Source: Cladosporium halotolerans (taxonomy: Eukaryota). Taken from it: a stretch of 64,000 bases of DNA. Positions 9,958-20,700 of the stretch are shown piece by piece (positions within the stretch are counted from its first letter, which is position 1; every line of letters starts with the position of its first letter). The position numbers and the translations under genes are program-made. The notes below the pieces were generated by a model that worked only from the letters and a program-made list of their open reading frames with translations, made no database searches and was not told the DNA's origin. The stretch spans positions 496,001 through 560,000 of the forward strand of contig NW_027191461.1 in assembly GCF_011745625.1 (NCBI RefSeq), in the 5' to 3' direction.

Positions 9958-12384
9958 TCATTCCCGTATACCTCCATGCGCTTGGTATCCGCCTCCGCCG
10001 TAAGCGCCTCCTTGGCCGCCCTGACCGTACTGATATCCATATCCACCATTGTACCCTTGTTGCTGTCCGTATCCTCCCTGCTGCTGCTGCTGGTAAGGCT
10101 GCACATGAGGCTGCTCATAACCCTGCTGATAAGCGGTGGGATACGCATCATGATCGCCAGGCTGGAATCCTGCAGGCTGCTGAGGTGCCTGGCCGTAGCC
10201 CGGCTGCTGGTATCCACCGTATCCCTGCGCAGGCGAACCTGTGGACTGCGGCGGCGTGCCGTATCCGGGAGCGCCGTGGGGAGCGCCGGGGTTGTTGCCC
10301 TCGAACTCTCGCGAGCCGAAGATGCCGCCTCCGCTGGAACCGTGCCCGCTGCTGCCTCCTGAGAAGGAAGACAGGATGTTCGAGATACCGCCGCCTGAGC
10401 CACCCTGTCGGTTGCCGGAGCCTGCTAAAGATGAGATCATGCCGCCGATGCCTCCACTGGAGCCGCCTCCCTGGTTGCCGGATCCTCCAAGTGAACCGAG
10501 CATGCCTCCAATGCCGCCAGCTGAGCCGTGGCCGCCGTGAGGGCCATGTGCATGGCCGCCGTGGCCCCCAGAGCCAGGGTTAGGGAAGCCAGTCATTTGC
10601 TGCACGGTGTGATTCTTGCCTGCCTTGACGCTCTCCGAGCTCAGGACGTTGTTCAGTCTGTGTTCAGCGTCGCGCTGGTGGTGGACCCATTTCTCCACGG
10701 TCGCAAACATGTTCCTATGCAGCTCGAGGTTGTTGTCGCGTAAGGCCGGGTGGTGGAAGACCCTGCAGACGTCCTCCAAGACCTCGTGCTCAGGCACGTT
10801 CGGGTGGTCCCAGGCGTACACGATGCGCGGAGCGACGTACTGCAAGATCGTTGCGGCCACTTCGCCTGCCGGCTGATTGAGAATGTTGCTGAAGTGATCC
10901 TTGGACAGCATGGAGTGAGTCGGGTCGGAGCAGTGGGGATCATCCCAGACGAGGTATTGCTGCTTGGCACTCGCGTCGATGACAGTGCTGCTACCAGTCT
11001 TCAGAGAGTTGGATGCAGCAGCGATGATAGGCTTGATATAAGGTGCAAGCAGACCCATGATGAAAAGAGTAACCTTCTCGCTGATCGTCTCAATCATTTT
11101 CTCAAGACCAGGGATCTTGCTAACGATGGAGGAGATCGTGCGCACGACCTTATCGCGGAACTGGAGGATCGGGTAGATCTTCGCAATGGCGGCCTGAGGG
11201 TCGATATTGGTGCCAGGGACGTTCGGGCCAGGCGGACCACCCTGAGAGCCAGGGGGAGCAGCGAAGGTAGGGTCCCCACGAGACGAGCTGTACCCGTCAC
11301 CGTAGCCAGCATTAGCGTTACGCGCTGCTTCAGCATCCGATGCAGCTTTGAGACTGTTGGCTTCTTGGATAAGTCCGCCAGTACCAGGAACCTTGCCAAG
11401 GAGACTGATGAAGTCGGCGCTAGATGAAGATGATCCGCCCATGCCGCGACTGCCAGAGCTGTTGCCTCCGCCCTGCGCTTGCGTGAGGGCGGCGTCCATT
11501 TCGTCGACCTCTGTTTGAGTTATGTGATCGTTCGCTTCACCAAGAACTGAGTGAAGGAAGTCGACGCCTCCGAATGTTCCAGTGACGAGAGGATAGGTGT
11601 GCTTGCCGTGCAGGTTGATGCCGGCGTTGACGCCAACATGAGGGAAGACATTGTGGAATCCCATCTCGCGAAGGGCCAACTCGACGTAATTGGTGTGGGC
11701 ACCAAAGTCTTCGACACAGTGGAGGCCCTGACCCAAGCATCTGAGCGCTTCGCACAAGTCTTCTTCCCGTCCCTTGTTAGCACCATGAGTGTACATGCGT
11801 CCGAAATGGATGCTGCGAGCAAAGCTGTACTTAATGTAGCCGGCGGAAGTAGCCCACCCGCCACGCTCGTTGGCGATGTAGTTCTTCATGCCAGTCTGTG
11901 GATCAATAGCGAGCTCCTCGGGGTGGACTGGACCGCGGAGGCGTGCATCGTACTTTCTCGCGTCTTCATTGTCGGCGTAGTCCTTGGGATTGTCGATGTG
12001 CTCTTCTGGTCGGTAAGTGCCCAGTCGCTCCGCAGTGACCTCAAACTCAGCAGTGGCATAGCCGAACGACATGAAAGCAAGGACCCAGACAAGAATGCGG
12101 ATAGTGTCGGCTTGGACGCCCTTGAGCGTGCCAACGTCGACAGCCTGAGAGTAATCGCGGAGCCAGTTGCCAAAGTAGACGCGCTTGATCATCATGCTGG
12201 ACCATTTGTGACCCTTCAAGCAAGCGACCTTCTCTAGCATGTCTTCGATGTCGCCATGGCGCCAGTTGTGGCCTTCAATCTTGGAGATCGAGGCGATGTT
12301 GCCTGCGCCGAAGGCATGACTGGGAGTGGCCAGGCAGAGCAGTGCGATAAGCCCAAGCAGGAGAAACAGCTTTGTGTTTGCCAT
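9958..12384 (-). CDS. Het-C family protein with signal peptide and Gly/Gln/Tyr-rich tail
   Basis: 808 aa; signal peptide then AFGAGNI, NWRHGDIED, RVYFGNWLRDYSQAVD, YRPEEHIDNPKDY, DPTHSMLSKDHF. Confidence 0.93.
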   Translation of the reverse strand: MANTKLFLLLGLIALLCLATPSHAFGAGNIASISKIEGHNWRHGDIEDMLEKVACLKGHKWSSMMIKRVYFGNWLRDYSQAVDVGTLKGVQADTIRILVWVLAFMSFGYATAEFEVTAERLGTYRPEEHIDNPKDYADNEDARKYDARLRGPVHPEELAIDPQTGMKNYIANERGGWATSAGYIKYSFARSIHFGRMYTHGANKGREEDLCEALRCLGQGLHCVEDFGAHTNYVELALREMGFHNVFPHVGVNAGINLHGKHTYPLVTGTFGGVDFLHSVLGEANDHITQTEVDEMDAALTQAQGGGNSSGSRGMGGSSSSSADFISLLGKVPGTGGLIQEANSLKAASDAEAARNANAGYGDGYSSSRGDPTFAAPPGSQGGPPGPNVPGTNIDPQAAIAKIYPILQFRDKVVRTISSIVSKIPGLEKMIETISEKVTLFIMGLLAPYIKPIIAAASNSLKTGSSTVIDASAKQQYLVWDDPHCSDPTHSMLSKDHFSNILNQPAGEVAATILQYVAPRIVYAWDHPNVPEHEVLEDVCRVFHHPALRDNNLELHRNMFATVEKWVHHQRDAEHRLNNVLSSESVKAGKNHTVQQMTGFPNPGSGGHGGHAHGPHGGHGSAGGIGGMLGSLGGSGNQGGGSSGGIGGMISSLAGSGNRQGGSGGGISNILSSFSGGSSGHGSSGGGIFGSREFEGNNPGAPHGAPGYGTPPQSTGSPAQGYGGYQQPGYGQAPQQPAGFQPGDHDAYPTAYQQGYEQPHVQPYQQQQQGGYGQQQGYNGGYGYQYGQGGQGGAYGGGGYQAHGGIRE

Positions 12385-12952
12385 GGTGGGCCTGAGTGAT
12401 CTTGTTGTGTTCGGTTGTGGTCAGAGTACAAGAGAGCCTCGCAGGCGGGGTGAACTGAAGAATATCAAACTCGCGCTATAGACTGACGCTCGGCGGAATC
12501 GTGGGCTGCATGAAGCTGCCAGCTGAAGCTGCGTGTGGTCAAGTGGCTGTGCTGCGGGTTGACGTAAGACGAAGGCGCTTGGGTTGCGAGCGAGTCAGAT
12601 CGCAGATCTGAGGGCAGACGGGATGAAGCTGGGCAGGCAGGTGAGTAGGCGGAGGAAATCAGCGGTAAAATGTCATTGTCATTAATCGAGTGGACCAACC
12701 CTGTCCGAACGCTATAGCGGGCGATTAATCAATTCGCCCTACAAGGCTGCGCGAGAAGGGTGGCAGGGCTGAGGGGCGGTGGCGCCGACATCGCTGCAAG
12801 GGCAGAGCCTCAATGGCTGAGACCCCGCCAAAATTTAGACCAGTCATGCCACCGGCCGGCCCGCCAGCGTGTCCAGACATTCATCTGCTCAACGCCTGTA
12901 TTTCCACGCCTTGGTATATTGCTCGTTACCGTTGTATCGTGCGACTTCCAGT

Positions 12953-14767
12953 ATGGCATCCCACTCCGCCTCCCAGCGCTACCTGAGCACGCGTGGTGGC
13001 TCCTACGACGTACGTTGAACCCCGCCATCAGCCGGCGCATCGCGCATTGCGAATCGCATCTTTCGATCGGTATGGCAAAGCACGCACAAGAGCTTACGCT
13101 GAGAAGCTAGCCAGCTCTCCTTTGAGGATGTCGTCCTGAAGGGTCTCGCCAACGACGGCGGCCTGTTCATCCCCGAAGAGATCCCTTCCCTGCCTTCCGA
13201 CTGGCAGACCGCTTGGAGGGGTCTGTCTTTCCAAGACCTCGCCTTCGAAATCTTCTCCCTCTACGTTTCGCGAAACGAGATCCCGGAAGCCGACTTGAAA
13301 GAGATTATCAAGAAGAGCTACGGCACTTTCCGCGCCGACAACATTGTCCCGATCACAACCCTCGACCAGGAGAAGAACCTCCACCTCCTTGAGCTTTTCC
13401 ACGGGCCCACCTTCGCTTTCAAGGATGTCGCCCTGCAGTTTCTCGGCAACCTCTTTGAGTACTTCCTCACTCGGAGAAACAAGGGCAAGGAAGATGGTAG
13501 GAACAGGGAACACTTGACAGTCATTGGCGCAACCAGTGGTGACACCGGATCTGCCGCCATCTACGGTCTGCGTGGTAAGAAGGATGTCAGTGTATTTATC
13601 ATGCACCCCAAGGGTAAGGTCAGCCCGATCCAGGAGGCCCAGATGACCACTGTACTGGACGCCAACGTACACAACTTGGCCGTTGAGGGCACCTTTGACG
13701 ACTGCCAGGTAAGGATGCTGAACACCTGAATGGCGACGATACCATACTAACAGAGACAGGACATTGTCAAAGCACTCTTTGCCGATCCCGAGATCAACCG
13801 CACACACCGCCTCGCAGCCGTCAACAGCATCAACTGGGCTCGCATCCTGGCCCAGATGACCTACTACTTCCACTCCTACTTCTCCATTGCGCGCCAGACT
13901 GGCTCCTCAGACCCCAAGGTCCGTTTCGTCGTCCCGACTGGCAACTTCGGCGACATCATCGCCGGCTACTTCGCCACCCGCATGGGTCTCCCCGCCGACA
14001 AGCTCGTCATCGCGACCAACGAGAACGACATTCTGCACCGTTTCTGGAGAACCGGCCACTACGAGAAGCACCCCGTCCACGGCCGTGAAGCCGAGGGCGG
14101 CATCGAAGAGGACGGCGCAAAGGCACACTCAGAAGGCGTCAAGGAGACCCTCGCACCCGCCATGGATATCCTCGTCTCCTCCAACTTCGAGCGCCTGCTC
14201 TGGTACCTCGCGTACCGCACCAGCAAAGTCGAGGAGACCAACCGCCGCCGCATGGAGGCCGGCGAGAAAGTCAAGACCTGGCTCGCGCAGCTGAAGAACG
14301 ACGGCGGCTTCGGCGTCGACCCGGAGATCCTAGCCGCCGCCAAGGACTCCTTCGCCTCCGAGCGCGTCAGCGACAAGCAGACCATCGAGGCCATCAAGGA
14401 CGTCTACGGCTGGGCGCTGCCCGCGCAGAAAGACGCTGGGCGCAAGGCTACTACCGGCACCGAGCATGACGGCCACTACATTCTCGACCCGCACTCAGCG
14501 ATCGGTATCGCGGCGTCGCTGCGCTCTATTGCTGACGCTGGCAAGGGCGCGCACCACATCTCGCTTGCGACGGCGCATCCTGCCAAGTTCTCGCACGCCG
14601 TCGAGCTGGCGCTCAAGGACCAGCAGGGCTTCTCGTTCGAGACTGTGCTGCCGGAGCAGTTCGTCGGTCTCGAGCAGAGGGAAAAGCGCGTGCTGGGTGC
14701 CAAGGCCAGCTGGGAGGGTGTGAGGGAGATTGTGGTCAAGAGGGTTGAGGAGGAGAAGAGGGCATAA
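12953..14767 (+). CDS. THR4: Threonine synthase; introns 13010-13114 and 13709-13759
   Basis: YLSTRG, LELFHGPTFAFKDVALQ (PLP lysine), GATSGDTGSAA, VPTGNFGD, LATAHPAKF. Confidence 0.97.
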
Positions 14768-15649
14768 AGGGACACTGCACAGTTTCAGACTGTGAGTTGT
14801 GGTAGTTTGTGGGAATTTTGCGCGGATGGAAGATGGAAAATACCTTATGCATTGGGTAAAATTGAGCATCAGATAGAATTCAAAGTACAGTGATTTTTGA
14901 GACCAAGCATGATTTCGAATGTGCAGATATTACTTTGCTATGAGCATCACTCACCTGGAGTTGATGATTTGGCGGGCGACGAAACTAAGCATTATCTTGA
15001 ATGTATATTATTTGCAAAATGTGACCTCGTTCAGCTGTTCTGGCTTCCTTAGTGAAGCGGGCTTACGCGTTGCGAGATCCCTGTCCAAATCCGACAAAGC
15101 GTGCCCAGTTCGAACGCGGTGATGGTCGCCCACTCGCATCGGTAACGAGCGATTGCTGCGAGCTACTCTAAGCTTCCGGCGCACCCTTCAGTCGAGCAAT
15201 CGAGCAGAGAGCGTCGGGTCATGGCGTGGCGGTGCCGGACTACATGTCTTGTCGGCGGGATCTATGTGCGCGGTGATGAGCTTCGCGACACTTTTTTGTC
15301 TTTTTTGTCCTTTTTGCCCTCATCATCTATCTACCCTCCAACATAACATGACATAATATACATTATTCCCCAGCAATCAAATGTTCCTATCCGTGCTGAC
15401 AAACTAGCCTTATATAATTATATATGTTGTCTCTTTTCCTTCCATCTCACAAGCCTCATACACACGCTACGCTGCTTCACACACGCATCTCTTTGTTTTA
15501 TATCACAATGTCGCCGCATCCGTCGTTTGCCGCCATGCCAGACAAAGCACAGCTCTCTCTATCATGCACGATTCCTATCATTATCGTCTGCTGGATTGCA
15601 GCTCCAATTTTTCTGACATTACTGCATTCCGGTTTTGGTTGACACCATC

Positions 15650-17305
15650 ATGGCCACGGCGGAGTCTCAGCAAAGCACGCCCAAAGCACATTCCACAGAC
15701 GAGGAGTTTCCCAGCAACGACACCTCAAGGTTTCGGCAGGACTTGCAAGTATTGATTCCAAGTTTTGTCGAAAGATTCGACGCCATCGTTCGAGGCAAAG
15801 ACGACGTGATCGAAGAGTATGGATTCCTATACAATCGTGCCAGACACGATCTGGCGATTGCGCGAGCAACAAAAGTACGGAAGCCGAGCGTTCCGTCTGT
15901 CGAACCGGTCAAGCCTACGAGGAGTCGGAGCATTTGGTCTGGAGCGTCTCTACCGAGAACCACTGCACCAAAAGAGGGTGTCACCACAAACGAGGGCCAT
16001 TTGACCATGAGAATCCAACTGCGACTCTTGCCAGTGCTATGCATACTTAAGAATTCAAACAGATCACCAGCCGCTCGGTCAGAAGCGAAAGCCGTCGCTC
16101 AGCAAGTATCGCAATATGCCCTCGACAACAACGCCAGCAACCCTCTCATCGCTCGTTGCAGCTACTACGTCGCTCACTCTCACCTCAACCTCAACGACAA
16201 AACGCCATCCCAAGACGCACTCAACTGGTTCCAGCGCGCGACAGAAGCCTCAGAAGCCGGCTACCCTGAAGGCCAATGGGCACAAGAATGGATAAACCAC
16301 TACGAAAGCCTCGGCTACAACTCCCGACCCAGCAGCTCCAGCAGTTGGCTAAGAGGGAAACTCAACGGCGTCTGGAGCATGGTCTGGGGCAGCAAGAACA
16401 TTAGCGATGCCGCATCCTCCAATGCATCGAAACCACGCCCTGCGCCTCTCACTCACCTCCACTCAGACAACAGCAACAACAATGACCGTGCGCTCCTCCG
16501 CGCAACCTCCGGCGAACGCATCCCCTCCTTCTCGACCCAAGAGTCTTCCAACTCCAACTCCTCCACCTCCCCAACCAGCACCGGCACCAAAACAAGAGAC
16601 CACCACGGCCTCAAGTGGTCCCCCAACCACACCTTCGGCAAAGGCCAAATCACCGAAGATATCACCTTCGAACTCGTGCACTCCCCGGAGCCCATCCCCG
16701 AAGAAGACGAATCCGAAGACGAAGAAACATACTACCCGGCCAACGTCCTCGGCGGCCTCGTCGACGCCGCTGCCCTCAGTCCCGCCCTGCAGCACCGCCC
16801 GCCCGTCGTAGACCCCAACCCCGGCCCCCGCCGCATCAAGCGCAGCTCCATCGACTACATCCCGCCCGGCGCCCTCGGCAGCAGCAGCGCGGCCTCGTCG
16901 CCGACCGTGCGCGCCCTGCGCATCGCGAACCTGGCTTCGCCGCCCTCGTCGAGCACCTCGAGTCCGACTTCGCTTGCGCAAGGCACGAGCTTCTCGCCGT
17001 TCAGCAGCGAGGGGTCGTACTCGCGGAGTCGGAGCGAGACTTTCGTACCGTCGAGTTTGCTTGCTGGGTCGGTGCTGGCGGAGAGCAGCGGCGGTCAGGC
17101 TGAGGAGACGGGCGGCGAAGCGGTGGTGGCGGCGCAGAAGCGGAAGAAGCGCAATTCGCTGTCGTTGATCATCCGGGCGACGGGGCTGGAGGGGGCCAGG
17201 CGGAGAGACGAGGCGGCGCAGATGGAAGAGGGCGAGAGCCCGTTCAATCCACGGATTGAGGAGGAGGGGTTGTATAGGGGCGATGGGGTGGACGGGGACG
17301 TGTGA
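15650..17305 (+). CDS. Hypothetical protein: helical/TPR-like N-terminal half, Ser/Pro-rich C-terminal half
   Basis: About 550-codon open frame from the first ATG; no family recognised. Confidence 0.7.
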   Translation: MATAESQQSTPKAHSTDEEFPSNDTSRFRQDLQVLIPSFVERFDAIVRGKDDVIEEYGFLYNRARHDLAIARATKVRKPSVPSVEPVKPTRSRSIWSGASLPRTTAPKEGVTTNEGHLTMRIQLRLLPVLCILKNSNRSPAARSEAKAVAQQVSQYALDNNASNPLIARCSYYVAHSHLNLNDKTPSQDALNWFQRATEASEAGYPEGQWAQEWINHYESLGYNSRPSSSSSWLRGKLNGVWSMVWGSKNISDAASSNASKPRPAPLTHLHSDNSNNNDRALLRATSGERIPSFSTQESSNSNSSTSPTSTGTKTRDHHGLKWSPNHTFGKGQITEDITFELVHSPEPIPEEDESEDEETYYPANVLGGLVDAAALSPALQHRPPVVDPNPGPRRIKRSSIDYIPPGALGSSSAASSPTVRALRIANLASPPSSSTSSPTSLAQGTSFSPFSSEGSYSRSRSETFVPSSLLAGSVLAESSGGQAEETGGEAVVAAQKRKKRNSLSLIIRATGLEGARRRDEAAQMEEGESPFNPRIEEEGLYRGDGVDGDV

Positions 17306-17771
17306 GGGTGGTGGTGACGGCGCGGGCTGTGACGTAATGGGAATTGACGGATAGAATGCACACAGAACACGCACACGGAATGAACATACGAAATGGAATG
17401 ACTGGTCTATGTAGTCTAATAAAATATAATATAACAAATAACAACGCTGCTGTCGCAGGTTTTCTGGCCACTCGTCCAATGCGAGGGCATTCTGTGGTGA
17501 TAATATTACAAACAAAAGAAAAATCGTCGCTTTGGTCATCTCAGTAACACTCTCGGTCGAGTTCAGTTCAAAACAAACTTCGACGCGGACACAATGTTTT
17601 GCTTTTTGAGGGCGATGGTAAGCCGGTGTATAACGCGAATGGAGCAGAAAGCAAGTAAAATCAAGAAAAGACAACGCCGTCCCGCTATGCTTGGTGACCC
17701 GGAAAGGCACCGTTCGGTGGATTGGTGTTTCCGGTTTGATTATCCCCCGTATCGTCTTCGTCAGCGCCAAC

Positions 17772-20700
17772 CTAAGGCGCCATGACGAGCGCCAGGAGGG
17801 CCATGCGGACAAACATGCCGTAGCGCATCTGTGAATCATGTCAGTACGTCTAGATCTTGAGCTTTGATGTGTTAGTGCGGAACTTACCTGTCTGAAGTAA
17901 GCGGCCCTGGGGTCGTCATCAACCTCCTTGCTGAGCTCCATGTTGCGAGGCAGAGGGTGCATGACGATCATGTTCTGCTTGGCGCCCTTGAGGGTCTTGC
18001 CGTCGACAACGAAAGCATCCTTGACCTCCTCGTACAGGTTCGGGTCCTCGAAGCGCTCCTTCTGGACGCGAGTGCAGTAGAGCACATCGGTATTGGCGAG
18101 CATCTCAGGAGTGAGGGTGTCGCTCTCAACGAGAAGCTGACCACGGGCCTGCAGGGCGGCGCGGACCTTGGAGGGGATGGCGAGAGCGGCAGGCGCGGCG
18201 AGCTGAACCTGCACGTTGTAGTGACGGAGCAGTTCGCACAGAGAGTGAACGGTGCGGCCGTACTTGAGGTCACCGGTGAAGGTGATGACGAGGCCGTTGA
18301 CGGTGCCGAGCTCCTCGCGGATGGTGAAGAGGTCGAGGAAGGCCTGGGTCGGGTGCTCGCGCGAGCCGTTACCGGCGTTGATGATCGAGCCGTCGGAAGC
18401 CTTAGCGGCGATGTCGGCGCTCTCGTTGTCCGGGTGGCGGAGCACGATGGCGTCGCAGTACTGGTCAAGAGTACGGACAGTGTCATCGAGGTCCTCACCC
18501 TTCTTGGTGCTCGAGTGCGACTCGTTGACGATGATGGTCTCACCACCCAGACGCTTCATGGCAGCGTCGAAGGAGCAAGAGGTGCGAGTAGAGGGCTCGA
18601 AGAAGAGCAGACCAAGAACGCGGCCCTTGAGAGTGTTGAGGCAACCCTCACGCTCAACGCCAAGGCGCATCTCAGCAGCGACAGTGAAGAGCAAGTGGAG
18701 GTCCTCCCTAGTGAATTGCTTCACAGAGACAATATCCTTGCCCTTGAAAGGCGACTTGACGAGCATCTCGGTCAGGGACGGCAGGTTCTCGGGCTGAGGG
18801 GCAATCGCAGGAGCACCCTCGGCCTCGGCGAAGGTGTGGCAGTCAACGTTGCTGACGCTGAGGTCAAAGTTGCGGGCGATAGCCTCAATGAGGATCTTGG
18901 CGTTCTTGACGTTGGTCACCAGCGGGGTCTGGTAGTCAACAGCCATACGTCTGGTGCGGTAACCCTTGGACATGTAGTTGGCCGGACGCCTGAACCTGTT
19001 GGCAGACGGCAGGTTGACGTACAGATCGATGAGGTTGTTGGCGAGAGCGTGGGTCAGGGAGTACTCGTTCCTCTGCTGGTCGTCCTGGAGAGCCTCGAGG
19101 AACTGAACCTCGATGTTGTTCTCAGTCAGGAAGTCGGCGGTACCGGCGGTGGCGAAGATCTTGTATCCAAGCTTGAACAGGGTCTTGATGGAAGGCAGCA
19201 TCTCGACCTTGTCCTTGAAAGCGCCAATGGAGAACAGAACGTTCTTCTTGGGAAGCTTGAAGCCGGTAGCCATGAGACCCTTGAGGTAAGCCTCGTACTT
19301 GTTACGGCCGAAGCAAGCGACCTCACCTGTCGAGGCCATCTCGACACCCATGACCGGGTCAGCACCGGAGAGACGGGAGAAAGAGAACTGCGGAACCTTG
19401 ACACCGACGTAGTCGGCGGGGAGATCGAGAGCCGGGTAAGCCTGGAGAGGAATGTTGGCCATGGCCTTGGTGGCCATCTCAATCAGATCGCATCCAGTAA
19501 CCTTAGAGACGAAGGGGAATGAGCGCGAAGCGCGGACGTTGCACTCGATGACCTTGATGTCGTTGTCCTTGGCGATGAACTGGATGTTGTAGGGGCCAGT
19601 GATGTTGAGCGCGTCACCAATCTTGCGAGTGGCGTCCTCGATGCGGCGGATAGTCTCGGGGTCGAGATCCTGAGGGGGCTGAATAAGGGTGGCATCACCA
19701 GAGTGGACACCGGCGTTCTCAACGTGCTCAGAGATGAAGTGACCGATCATGGAACCGCCACGGGCAACGGCGTCCATCTCAATCTCCTTGGCGCCCTCGA
19801 TGTACTTGGTGATGACAACGGGGTGGTCCTTGGACACATCGGCAGCTTGGTTGAGGTAGAGGGCAAGGTCGTGCTCGGAGTAGACGGTGTTCATGGCGGC
19901 ACCAGAGAGCACGTAGGAGGGACGGACAAGCACGGGGTACTTGACCCTGCTGCAGAACTCCTTGGCCTCGTCGATGCTGGTCAACTCCTTCCACTCAGGC
20001 TGGTCAACGCCCAGTCTGTCGAGCATACGGGAGAACTTGTAACGGTTCTCGGCAGTGTCGATCATCTCAGGCGAGGTACCCAGGATCTTGACGTTGGACC
20101 TGAACAGGGGAAGAGAGATGTTGTTCGAGGTCTGGCCACCCATAGAGAGGATAACACCGGCAGAACGCTCGAGCTGGTAGATGTCCAGCACAGTCTCCAA
20201 GCTGATGTTCTCGAAGTAGAGGCGGTCGGCTTCGTCGTAGTCTGTGAGGATATTAGTTTCTGATCACGGCGACGGCAGGGAATAGAATTACGGACCTGTG
20301 GACACAGTTTCAGGATTATACTTCGATGCTGTTAGCTTTGGTTTCTAATTTTTGTTTGATTTGGAGGTGTGGTGCGGGTATTGGGGGTGGTGGAGGGGGT
20401 GTGTGCAGCGCAGCCGGGGATGCTTCTTTCGGCGGAAAAAGCCCGCTTTTTGAAGCCAGCTGAGAGGGCAGCAGCACGAAGCGCCATTTTTCAACGGGGA
20501 TAATAGGATCTGGAGGTGTGTTGTGGGTGTAGAAAATAGTGCCAGTGTGGGGGATTCTGGATGGATGTGCAGCGCAGCCCGGAAGGCTTCTCTCAGCGGG
20601 CGACGCCCGCTTTTCGAAGCCAGCGGGGAGCGCAGCAGCATGGAGTGCGATTTTTTCTGCGGGGATGGTGGGATACTTACGTTAACCATGACAGTCTTGT

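Noticed and set aside
16463..17887. About 470-aa C-terminal extension of URA2 in the ORF track
   Set aside because: It arises from reading through the 59-nt last intron; splicing gives the normal ATCase end [18 protein letters not shown], and the extension is largely antisense to the neighbouring gene
20402..20675. H/ACA snoRNA reading of the URA2 intron repeats (each ends in ACA)
   Set aside because: The conserved internal loop is about 27 nt from ACA rather than 14-16, and there is no proper hairpin-H-hairpin layout
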